Shown here: piece after piece, positions 23,228 through 33,980 of the stretch
Position numbering within the stretch: position 1 is the first letter of the stretch
How the letters are laid out: every line of letters starts with the position of its first letter
NCBI GenBank assembly: GCA_039621445.1
Contig: CP154954.1
Span: forward strand, 18,196,589-18,235,409
Length of the DNA stretch: 38,821 nt
Source of the DNA: Euglena gracilis
Lineage: Eukaryota
Direction: 5' to 3'
Program-made: the position numbers and the translations under genes
The notes under the pieces: generated by a model
What the model was told of the DNA's origin: nothing
The model's database searches: none
The model's input: only the letters and a program-made list of their open reading frames with translations

Positions 23228-24035
23228 CAGGGTTGACGTTTTTTTGTTTTTCAACAAAGAACAAAAAATATGTTTTTTTTCCAAAAAAACACACAAAAAC
23301 ATGTTTTCTTTTTTTAAAAAAGCAAAATTTGACCTTTTTCCTTGCGAAATGGCCATTTTTTGAGGAAAAGGTTTTAAGGTCATTTTTTTGGTCATCAAAA
23401 GTGACGTATTTTTAGTTTTTCCAGCACCTTTAACAGACTACGAAGCTGCAGAGATGAAAAAAGACCTTTTTTCAAAAAAAAAGTTTCAAAAAAAATTCCC
23501 CCAAACCCCCATGAGGTTTTTTTTGTTTTTTTAAAAAAACATATTTTTTCTTAGGGGGTACTACCCCCGTGCCCCCCCCCCCCAGTTACACCCCCGTGAC
23601 CCCCCCGTGACCCGAGGATCGATCCTTCGCCATTCTTTTTTTAAAAGCATTTTTTTTAAAAAAAACAATGCACTTTCATGTATCCTTGTCCGCCCAATGC
23701 ACCTTCACACCCAAAAATGGCCAAAAATCTTTTCCCCTGAAAGAAGTGCCAAAAACTGGTGCATTTCCCCACCCAAAACGGAATTTTGTCAAAAATGGCC
23801 CAAACTTCATCCCAAAAACGTGTTGGTCAAGAAAATCCTAACAAAATTCCCTTTTCAAAAAATGACCAATTTTATCACGATGCCACGTCATGGATGTTGC
23901 CTCCCGGCTACCTACAAAGTGTCATACTTCCCCCGTGACCCCCCCGCCCCGCCCCGTGACCCCCCCCATGACCCCCCCGCGACCCGCACCACCCCCTTAA
24001 AAAAGCATGTTTTTTTGTTTCGAAAAAACAAGCCG
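23228..24035. mobile_element. Family G hAT-like MITE, second copy (right TIR decayed)
   Basis: Begins CAGGGTTGACGTTTTTT and is collinear with 11254-11927 up to AAAACAAGCCGT. Confidence 0.7.
23554..23996. mobile_element. Harbinger-like MITE (family H) nested in G
   Basis: Ends GGGGGTA / CACCCCC; TTA on both sides (23551-23553, 23997-23999); subterminal CGTGACCC repeats. Confidence 0.7.
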
Positions 24036-24047
24036 TTTTTTTAAAAA

Positions 24048-24490
24048 AATTTCATCTGTCTCGGGGGGGTTGGAAGTGGGGGGGGAGGGGGGGGGGTCCC
24101 GGGAGGGGGGGGTTGGAACTGTACAGGGGGGGGGAGGGGGGGGGTCCCAAGAATTGGTCATTTTGGTCAAAAACAAGGTCCCCAGAGGCCGTCCAAGGGT
24201 TAGGCAGTACAGGGGGAGGGGGCTGCGGACCCCCCGGTGAACGTTCACTGGTGAACGTTCACCGGGGGGAAGGGTGGGGAACTTTCGGCGATGAAGTTCA
24301 CGGGTGAAGTTCACTGGTGAACTTCACCGTTTTGATGGTTGGAGGTGAAATTTTGCTCCTTTTCCTCACAAAATGGTCATTTTGAGGTTGATGGTTCATG
24401 GAATTTTGTCGAAATTTCCGAAGGCTTGCCCAAAATGTCATTTTTGGCCATTTTTGGCCAAAACAGTGCTCTGGTGGTGAACTTCACCGG
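24048..24490 (+). repeat. Dispersed family F with tandem 14-bp palindromes (CCGGTGAACTTCACCGG)
   Basis: Homologous to ~31108-31790; related CTGTACAGGGGG segments at ~22950-23040. Confidence 0.75.
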
Positions 24491-25180
24491 GGGGGGGGGG
24501 GGATGGGGTCCAAAATCCCAAAAGTTACCGCCTGATCTCCTGGGGGTGAGGGCATCCCTGGGCCCCCCTGGGGGGGGGGCAGGCTGAGTCGGGCATTTTT
24601 GGGACTTGGGGGCCTATAAAATTTGCTTAAATTTTAAGACCTTTGCACACATGATTGCATTGAGGAGTGTCCATTTTGACCAGGAAGAAGTGGGGGGGGG
24701 GGGCTGTGGACCCCATGTGGATGACGGCAACAGGTCTGGTTAGTTCACCGTTTTTAGGGCTGGGGGTTGAAATTTTGACCACGTTCTGTCAGACGAAGCC
24801 TGCCGGCCTCGAAGGGATTTGCCTTTAACCCCTCTCCCCCAAAGTGTCCCCCCCCCCATTGGCCATTGGCCAGTGGCCATTTTGGATTCCCATAGTTCCT
24901 GGAGGGTGCTCACTTTGAGGGAGTGAGGTTCTTTTTTTTGGCCTTGCCACCTGTCGTCATGACCTATGGAGTCCCAGATTGGGGGGATTATTTGGTACTT
25001 GTTCGCTATCGACCCTCCCTTTTCTGCACACAAATCGTGGCTGAGCCCAGATTTCAGCTTGAAAACGTGTTCCGCAGGGGGGCCCCCGAAGGGGGCCCCC
25101 TGAACACGTTTTCAGGCTGAAATCTGGGCTCAGCCACAATTTGGTTAAAAACGTGTTCAGAGCCCGCCAAATGCCTGCCT

Positions 25181-26610
25181 TGTAACCGTGAATAGAGGCC
25201 CGGCGCCTGCCCTGTTTTTCGTGGGTGTGAACACGAAAAACAGGGCATATTTTCAATTCACGAAAATATGCCCTGTTTTTCGTGAATACCTATTCACGAA
25301 AAACAGGGCATATTTTCGTGAATAGGAATTTTAACTGAAATGAAACCCAAAAACCTGTCAATCCCATCAATCGAAAGCTCTTCTCAAGGGCTTTTTACAG
25401 ATGGCCACAGGAATCAGCAATACTGCACACAGCGCTTATTTTCAGCGATCGTGTATTCCAAATTTTGACATCCTAATTTGTGAAATCCCACACCTGAGGT
25501 GCCATACAGCATATCAATTGAAAGCTTTCCCCATGAGCTTTCGTTTGGTACCCTCAGAACTCAGCCACACTGCACAGCGCCCTAAAAATTGCCAATCGCA
25601 ATGTTCCGACCCTTTTCGCAAATTCCAAAACCCACTGTTCACCTGCCATGTTGCCCCTTGATCGATAGCCCTTCTCGAGGGCTTTCAGCAGATGGCCTTA
25701 GATTTCAGCCGTGCTGCATGGTACTCCATTTCAGAAATTCGCCAAATTTGACCAAATGGAAAGTGTTGCACAAAATCCCCCAATTTCTGACCAAATACCC
25801 CCAAAAACTGCTCAGATATGATTATATGGTTGCCACATGTCTAAAACCCATTTTGGACACTTTTTGGCACTTTTCATTTTGGGTCCCCTGGACGCAAAAT
25901 GGACCAATGAACCGGCATCCAATGGACCAGCATTGGACGCCGGTTCGGGCGTGAAGCCAGAGCCCCAATACACAGTTTTGGGGGTTGTGGCAACATTCGG
26001 TCCATGGTGTTTGCGGCTTTCTTCGCCATTTTTGCAAGAACAGACTGAGGAACAACACAAGCAATGTGGATAAAATACCGACCCTCTGTGATCCGTTAGG
26101 CTCTAAAGAGAATATCGGCGTCAGGCCAAGCATTGTGGGGGCCTTTGGGGGGGACCGTGCGCCTTCGGCGCCCAGTCCCCCCCCCCAAAGTGCCCCCCAA
26201 TTACTTGGCCCAACGCCCATTTCTCGTTTTCCAGGACCAGCGGTGCCATGTGGGTATGATTCGGGTCATTTGGACACCATTTCTACAGACCTGTTTCTAT
26301 TCACAAAAAACAGGGCATATTTTCAATTCACGAAAATATGCCCTGTTTTTTGTGAATAGATATTCACGAAAAACAGGGCATATTTTTGTGAATAGGATTT
26401 TTGGGTGAAAAATGACAAAAAAATGCCCGAAAACCTGGCGTGAAGCACACCCACGAAAAACAGGGCAGGCGCCGGGCCTTTCTATTCACGGTTACAGAAA
26501 AATTGTGGGCTATAACCCGTATTCAGGCCGTATAACGGGTCAAGGGCGCCTGCGGCGCCCTTGACCCGTTATACGGCCTGAATACGGGTTATGCCCACAA
26601 TTTTTATATA
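25181..26610 (-). mobile_element. Family E hairpin/asymmetric-IR element
   Basis: IR TGTAACCGTGAATAGA...GGGTG (25181-25227) pairs with 26448-26496, followed by a near-perfect palindrome at 26501-26602 and TTTATATA|GAAA. Inserted in B's conserved GCCCT^GAAATTC without duplication. Confidence 0.85.
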
Positions 26611-26887
26611 GAAATTCTGATCATGATTCACGCCAAGGGAAAAAAAACGCGAAAATGTGAAATTCGGACCGAAAAAAGAGCGCCATAATGGAAAACATGC
26701 CTTGCCACAGATGCCCTACCATGCCCCCCCCCATATAAGACCAGGTTTTGAATAGTGCTTCGCTCTTAATAAGCGCTCACCCACCCTTGACACCCCCATA
26801 TAAACCGGCCCACTCCATGGAGCTCTGTCGACTGAAATGCAAAGGTTTTGTGCCCGAAACAGGGCGCCGGGGGGGGGGTGAAGAAAC

Positions 26888-27660
26888 ACTCATTTTTGGC
26901 TCAAAATACACTTTTTCCGGGTCTGGGGAGCCAAAAAAACAGCGTTTTGTTGTGTTTTTTTTTGACCCGAAAATGACCGAAAGTGAGTGAGTGGGTTGAC
27001 AGCCCAGAACGGGGCGCTGGCGGGTCGAAAAACGCTCATTTTTCGGCCCAAAAACAGTTTTTCTGGGTCCGGTAGACCAAGAAAAAACATCGTTTCGGGC
27101 AAAAAGATTTTCTCCGATTTTTTCCGACTTGTTTGACCCGAAAATGACCCAAAGTCAATGGGTTGGCAGCCCAAAACAGGGCGCTGGCGGGTCGAAAACC
27201 GCCCATTTTCGGCCCAAAAACAGTTTTTCTGGGTTCAGGAGGCCAAAAAACATCGTTTCGGGCCAAAAAAAATTTCTCGATTTTTTTTCGACTTTTTTTG
27301 ACCCGGTTTTGACCCAAAGTCAATGGGTTGGCAGCCCAAAACGGGGCGGCGGGTCGAAAAACGCTCATTTTCGGCTCAAAAACAGTTTTTCTGGGTTCAG
27401 GAGGCCAAAAAACACCGTTCTGGGCAAAATTTTTTTTCGATTTTTTTTCGACTTTTTTGACCCATGATGCCCTTCCTGGGTCATGATGCGCATCATAGGT
27501 CATGATGGGCATCATGGCCATCACGGGTCATGATGGCCATGATGGTCGAAAAACGCCCATTTTCGGCTCGAAAACCCTTTTTCCGGGTCCGGGAGGCCAA
27601 AAAGCATGGTTTTGGGTAAAAAATTTTTCGATATTTTTCGCCTTTTTTGGCCGAAAGTCC
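26888..27660 (+). repeat. ~150-170 bp diverged tandem repeat with a CATGATG-rich insert (27462-27545)
   Basis: GGGTCGAAAAACGCTCATTTTCGGCCCAAAAACAGTTTTTCTGGGT recurs at ~27020, 27190, 27350 and 27545. Confidence 0.8.
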
Positions 27661-27832
27661 ACCAGTGGAAAAAGTGTACAAAATGGCCAAAATCGGCCGA
27701 AAAACGGCCGTATCTCGGGCTACGCGAACAGTTGTGGGAAAATCAAAATACCAGTGGATGGGGCGTTCCAACAAGGGCTTCAAATTTGGTCTCTGGACAT
27801 TTCCTTTGATTTTGCTTCATTTTGGAGATATT

Positions 27833-30265
27833 TTAAAAACGTGTTCAGCCCGCCAAATGCCTGCCCTGAAATTCGTGGTCATGAACACGTTTTCCATGAG
27901 GGCATCTGTGGCAATGACACGTTTTCCATTAAGGCATCTGTGGTCAGGCACGTTTTCCATTAAGGCATCTGTGGCAATGACACGTTTTCCATTAGGGCAT
28001 CTGTGGCAATGGCATGTTTTCCATTAGGGCATCTGTGGCAACGGCACGTTTTCCATTAGGGCATCTGTGGCAATCACGTGTCGTCCGAAATCGTCCGAAA
28101 ATGCATTTTGCGAAATCGATCGACGATCGCGAGCGGATCTCTGGCTGTGAAAGTTGTTCAGGAACAAACTCACCCCTCGATCGAAAACTCTTTTCATCAG
28201 ACGACTAGTGGTGACGACCAAATTCAGCCACGCCGCTTGGTACTCTTACCTCCGCCCCCCCCCGAGCTGCCCCCCCCCCCCCCCCGAGCTATTCCCATAG
28301 GGGGGACGGGAATAGCTCACTGTCATAGCACTTTTTATAAAGAACTTCCCAAAAAAGTGCTCAAAAATCGACGTTTTTGGGACAGCCATAGAACAGGAAA
28401 GGTCTCCCCCCTTAGTTCTTAGTCTATGTCCTTAGTCCAAAGAGGACACAAATTGTTTGGTTTCAGCAAATCCATTCAGAAGGGGGAAAATACACAAGGC
28501 AATGCATTTTAGGTCCACATTGAGGGGAAACGGGCTGGCCCAGCAGTCCAACTGCAAAGAAACATCGGACACTTTTTCAGATTTGGGGAGTTGGATCCAA
28601 TGTGCACAACGTAAAGCTATCTAACCGGTATAAAATGAACTCTGGAACGGTTCAAGAATCGAGGGGTGGTACCTTTGCCGGCCTGGAACCCTTGTGTTAT
28701 CGTTGGTGCCGGCCATCGTCATATGGGTGGTGTTCATGGATCTAATGACGTCGTCCGTGGACCTGCTGCGCAGCACCACCCACGACTCGATGGACGTCAT
28801 GGCACAAAATATTCAGCAGTTGCTGATGTCCAGGTTGAGGTCTTTTTGCTCTTTGCAACTTTTGGTGCATGGCTTGATCCCCCCGCGGGGGGGGGGGGTT
28901 GGCTTGTACTCTGGAGCAGTGGTTTACCCCTTTTTTTGATGTTTAATTTGCCAAATGATGGAGGAAGGGAAGGAAGGGAGGAAGGGAATGAAGTGAATGC
29001 CAAAATGTCATTTTGGAGGAATTTGGGGGGCTTTGTACCTCTTGATAACCAACCACCCAAGTTGCGGTGTTCAAGAGTGAATTTGAATTTGAACCCACAG
29101 CAGTGCGGGAAAAAAAGAACTTCCCAAATTTTGTCCAACATTGGAGAAAGGGGGTTGAGCGAAAAGCTGGGGAACCCCCAACTCATACATTTACTTCCAA
29201 CCCCTTTCCCACCCCCTCCCCCAATGGATTTCATTCTTGAGGTTCTGGAGGAATTTGACTGCTTGGCATCCAGATTCTGAAATGGAAATCATTCAAGCAA
29301 AAAGACAATTGGAACCTGAAACCTGTTGGTGTATCAAGCGATTGAAAAGTTTGACACCCACATCACGGAGGGCGAGAGGGAGTTTTCAAAAATCACTTTT
29401 TGACAAATGTGCTTAAAAATGACCATTTTTTGCGAACATCCAAAAAAAAGTTGCCAAAAATGACCCCCTTGGGGTTGCCCGAGGGTCGGGTATGGGAATA
29501 GCTCGGGTCCCCCCCCCCCCCCCAAGCTGTCCCGGGGACGGGAGTAGCTCGGGGGGGGGTATGGTATTTCCTGTCACTGGGAAATCCTAATTTCACAATT
29601 CTTGTACCTCCCTGGACCCCAGATGCCCTCGATTCGAAGACAAAAATCGTTTCTGTATGGTTTGTTAAGCATTTTAAACCAAGCAGCACCAAAAACCACC
29701 ACAAATTTCGACTAAGATTCTGGCCGATCCGACGATTGTGAGCGTATCTCGGGCTTCGTGCAACGTTAGGGTACCAAGTTACCCCTCGATCGAAAGCTCT
29801 TTTCAACAGACGGCCAGCGGTGGTCATCAGATTTTTCCACGCTTCACGGTGCTCACAAAGTTTGCCGTGCGTTTAGGTATGGGGGGAGGGGTAACACGTT
29901 TTCCATTAGGGCATCTGTGGCAATGACACGTTTTCCATTAAGGCATCTGTGGTCAGGCACGTTTTCCATTAAGGCATCTGTGGCAATGACACATCTTCCA
30001 TTAAGGCATCTGTGGTCAGGCACGTTTTCCATTAGGGCGCCGTTTTTTGGGTCTGAATTTCATATTTTCGCGTTTTTGACCCCTTGCGTGACTCATGACC
30101 ATGAATTTCAGGGCAGGCATTTGGCGGGCTCTGAACACGTTTTTAAACAAATTGTGGTTGAGCCCAGATTTCAGCCTGAAAACGTGTTCAGGGGGCCCCC
30201 TTCAGGAGCCCCCTCCTGAACACGTTTTCAGGCTGAAATCTGGGCTCAGCCACAATTTGTGTGTA
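27833..30265 (-). mobile_element. Family B element (copy B2), reverse orientation
   Basis: IR 27833-27884 pairs with ~30094-30146; palindrome 30150-30257, then TGTGTGTA|GAAA. CACGTTTTCCATTA(A/G)GGCATCTGTGG tandem repeats lie inside both ends. Confidence 0.8.
28686..28833 (+). CDS. Isolated exon-like fragment: transmembrane helix plus amphipathic helix (possible receptor/sensor N-terminal segment)
   Basis: GTLVLSLVPAIVIWVVFMDLMTSSVDLLRSTTHDSMDVMAQNIQQLLMS; homopolymer-free, GC3-rich, ends at AG|GTTGAG (donor-like). No clear canonical acceptor upstream. Confidence 0.5.
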
Positions 30266-32919
30266 GAAAATTGACATTTTTTGGCCGAAATGGCAGAGTC
30301 CAAAGGGGGGGGGGGCTTATCCAGGGGGGGGGGCGGGCCAATCCTACCCAGTTTGGACCCCTTCGCGCGTGAATAACTCGGGCCTGGCGGGGAGTTGGGG
30401 GTCAAACCCAGGTTTTCAGAAAATTCAGAAACTAGAAATCCAGTCGCTCGCGACTGAAATTTTTTTTTTCCGGAACGGGGCCGGGATCATGGTGATAATC
30501 CGCCGGTTCCCGAGGTGGCCCCGAGGGGGGGGGGTCGGGGGGGGGGGGTCCCCCGGTGGTAAGCTTCGCTCTTACCCTAAAGGGATAAGAGCTCAGCGAC
30601 CCCCCATATAAGACCCCCTGGGATTTTGGCTCCCGAGGGAGGGTCAACCTTCGGCTTCTCAGCATCTTGCTGGTACACCGCAAGAGCAGCCAGGAACACT
30701 TCCGTCTTAGGGGGAGGTGGCAAAAGGCCATTCACAAAGTTTGCCGTGCGTTTGGCCATGGGGGGAGGGCTGTGCGGGAAAAAAGGGGGGTAACACGTTT
30801 TCCATTGGAGATCAGGCGGTGAACTTTGGGTTTTTCGGGCGGGACCCCCCCCCACCCCCCCTCTTCATTGGAAATACATGGACGAACTTCACCGGTGGAG
30901 CTTTGGCAGGGGGGGGGGGGGGGGGGCCCCGAGGACAGTTTTTTTTTTTGCATTTTTTTGCACTTTTTGCTGTACTGTCTCAACACAGGGGGGGGGGAGG
31001 GTCCTGGTAAACTGCCAACCCCCCCTCAAAAATTGGCCAAAACCCGGCGCCGGAAAAAAATTTTAGGGCCTTTTTTTTGGTCTAAAAAGGCCATTTTTGG
31101 TGACAAAATGTTCATCTGTCTCGGGGGGGTCGGCACTAGGACTAGGGGGGGGATCCCAAAAATACAAACTGTACAGGGGGGGGGAGGGGGGGGTCCCCAA
31201 AAAACCCCAACTGTACTGCCGTCGCCCCGGTGAACTTCACCGGTGAACTTCACCGGTGAAGTTCACCGGTGAGGTTTCTCCATGAAATTCCTTTAGGGGC
31301 GGGGCCCCCAACCCCCCCCCCCCACCCCTCTAACCTCGATTAGGGCATCTGTGGCACTGACAAGTTTTCCATCCGTGCATCTGTTGCAATGACATGTTAT
31401 CCAGGGGTGGGGGTGGTGGTTGTGGATCCCTCCGGTGAGAGTTCACCGGTGAAGAGTCACCGGGCTGGAGGGGGGGGTACTTTCGGCGGTGAAGTTCACC
31501 GGTGAAGTTCACCGGTGAACTTCACCGTTTTGATGGTTGGGGGTGAAATTTTCACTGGTACAATTTTGCTCCTTTCCTCTCAAAATGGTCATTTTGAGGT
31601 TGATGCTTCATGGAATTTTATCGAAATTTCCGAAAACTTGCCCAAAGTGCCATTTTTGGCCATTTTTGGCCAAAAAAGTACTCTCTTGGTGAACTTCACT
31701 GGTGAAATTCACCGATGGGTTAGGCAGAGGGGGGGGGGAGGGGGTCCGGGACCCCCCCGGTGAACTTTCAAACGGTGAACTTCACCATAGGGGGGGGGGA
31801 GGGGAGGTCAAAATGACCAAAGTCTACTGCCTGATCTCCCATGCCCCCCCCCCCATATAAGACCGCACCTTGCTGGCACAGGGCAACACGAAGAAAAAGT
31901 CTGGCTCCGTAGGTGCAGAGCTTGCTGTTGCCAACTGTTTGGAGTTCGCCAAACTGTGTCAACATCGGCAAGCATCTTATCCTGAGCTGGATGATTTCTT
32001 TGTTGCCTTGACGAGATGGGAGCTGGAACCCAGCCTGTTGTTCGATGAGGCGAGCGTCATTGAACAATGTGTGGCTCAATGTGAGCAGCAGTCGGGAACT
32101 ATGTTCGTTTCAGGGAATCGTTCACAACCTCTTTTCATACATACGTGAATGCCCTCGCTCGGGCATTCCGCAAAACCACGACCGAGGGAGTTGTGTTGCC
32201 TTCTGCAGAGTGTTTACAGATGCCCTAATGGAAAACGTGTTCATGATCACGAATTTCAGGGCAGGCATTTGGCGGGCTGAACACATTTTTAACAAGTCGG
32301 TTGCTTTGAGTCCAGAAACCAAACACCCCATAAAGCCGCGTTTCTGGACTCAAGGCAGACCGACTTGTGGGGGGGGGGGGAAAGGTCGAAGCGAACAAGT
32401 GCCGATTTTTCAGCTGTTTTCTTGGAGGGTGCCAGATTCTAAAATTTGGTTGAAAATGGGGGGAGATCGGGATGGCGCTGTATTGCTGTCTGTTTTCCCC
32501 GTTCAGGGTGGCATTTCCTGTCCTTTCTTGACCCCTGAAACCGTGTATGGGGGCTCCACCCAAACCGGTGTCCCAGACACCGGTTCGGGTGGGGCGAGGT
32601 ACGCGGGGGACGTCCAGGCGATTGGCTTCTGTGATCGTTGCGGCTGTGGCACAACAGTGCTTGCCTAGCATTTCCTCCACTCATTCATGCATTCATGTCC
32701 CTGTTCTTTGGAAATGACTCCCAGCCAGGGACACAGACCCGGGCGGGAAATTTCTGCTCGAGTCTGTGCCCCAGACACAGGCTCGGCCGTGAGTCTAGAG
32801 ACTCAAAAAATGTGTCCCAGACGCTGGTTCAGGTGTGAAGGCGTGGACACATTAATTGATCAATTGGGTTGATTGATTCATTGATTAACTGATTGAGTTT
32901 CACCTTCTCAGGGCATCAA

Positions 32920-33528
32920 ATATTTATTGAGCAGCAAGCTCACATTGCCATGGCACGGGGTCCCTTGTGGGCTGAGTTCTCAGAGAAGTTGGAAGACTTC
33001 AAAAATGCCGAAAAGAACGCAAGGGTGTTGTTGCTGCAAGGGCAGAGATGTGCCTTCTTTGCTCTGAAGTTGGCTGTGCCGCAAACTTTGACTTTCACAG
33101 CACCCAGTATCCAAGAACGAAGATTGATGGATCTTTTTTGCAATGCTGCACTGGACACTAAAATGAGATACTGTGCGCGTGTGCGTGTGTCTGTGGTGCG
33201 CTGTGTGCAAATCCTTGGTATGACCCACTTGGGCGATCCTGCCCCTTGGGGAAGGGGGTTTTGTTCCTCAGGGGAAGGGGATTTTGTTCTTCATTTCAAA
33301 ACATTGTTAGTTCAAGGTTTGATTTTCCCTCGCCTCACGAAGTTTTTTTACCCCCAAAGACTCCATCCATTGGCCTTTGCATTCGAAGCAGCGCACAATG
33401 CAATGAAATCCCGACATGCGGCATTTGAAGCACGCCTTGAAGCTAAACAGGCAACAGACCATCGATTGCATCTGGACATGAGCTTTGCAGCCAGTGGTCA
33501 AAAGCCCTTCATTTGTGGACTGGAGTGA
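32920..33528 (+). other. Unidentified coding-like segment
   Basis: Stop-free ~200-codon frame with protein-like composition in two blocks (LWAEFSEKLEDFKNAEKN...; AFEAAHNAMKSRHAAFEARLE...RLHLDMSF). A small internal intron is possible. No family recognised. Confidence 0.3.
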
Positions 33529-33874
33529 GAATGTGTTCGCAGTCACATCCATATCAACAACATATTTCCCTCCATTGTTGTGGTCAGGGGTCCGGTGAGA
33601 AAGGTTGGCCGGAAATAAAGGGGGGGGGAGTTTGTTGACCCTCTGTTGAAACGTGGTAAATTTGATGGAGTTTTTGGAACCTCCACACAAACTTACCAAA
33701 CTCTAAGCACAATTTGAGCTCGGGCACAATATTTTTTTTACCAAACCTCACAATTCAAAAGCGGGTCAAACACCTGAAAAAACTCAGAAATGAAAAACCT
33801 GGGGGGTAAGGAAAGTGGTATTTACCCCCCAGTTTTCAAGAAATTTCCAAAAAAAAGGCCAAAAAATGAGGCAT

Positions 33875-33980
33875 AAACCCAGACTCATGCCCGAGCCGGG
33901 GTCTTGGACCCGTACTCGGGCGGGAATTTCTCACCCAAGTCCGGGTCCTAGATCCCGGCTCTGGCGTGAGTCTGGGGTTG
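33875..33980. repeat. ~105-bp imperfect palindrome related to family P interior
   Basis: AACCCCAGACTCATGCC...GGCGTGAGTCTGGGGTT centred on GGGCGGGAATTTCT; similar to 32715-32800 and 13310-13350. Confidence 0.65.

Larger units (their letters stand above)
25025..32292 (+). mobile_element. Family B element (copy B3), probable outer container
   Basis: TTTC|TGCACACA, then a palindrome at 25033-25141. Its IR is interrupted at 25180 by element E and resumes at 26611. A matching far IR lies at 32241-32292. Pairing of these two ends is inferred. Confidence 0.55.

Noticed and set aside
246-23996. One giant 23.7-kb element bounded by inverted family-H sequences
   Set aside because: The 23554-23996 copy has its own two ends and a TTA duplication inside a G element, so these are independent dispersed copies.
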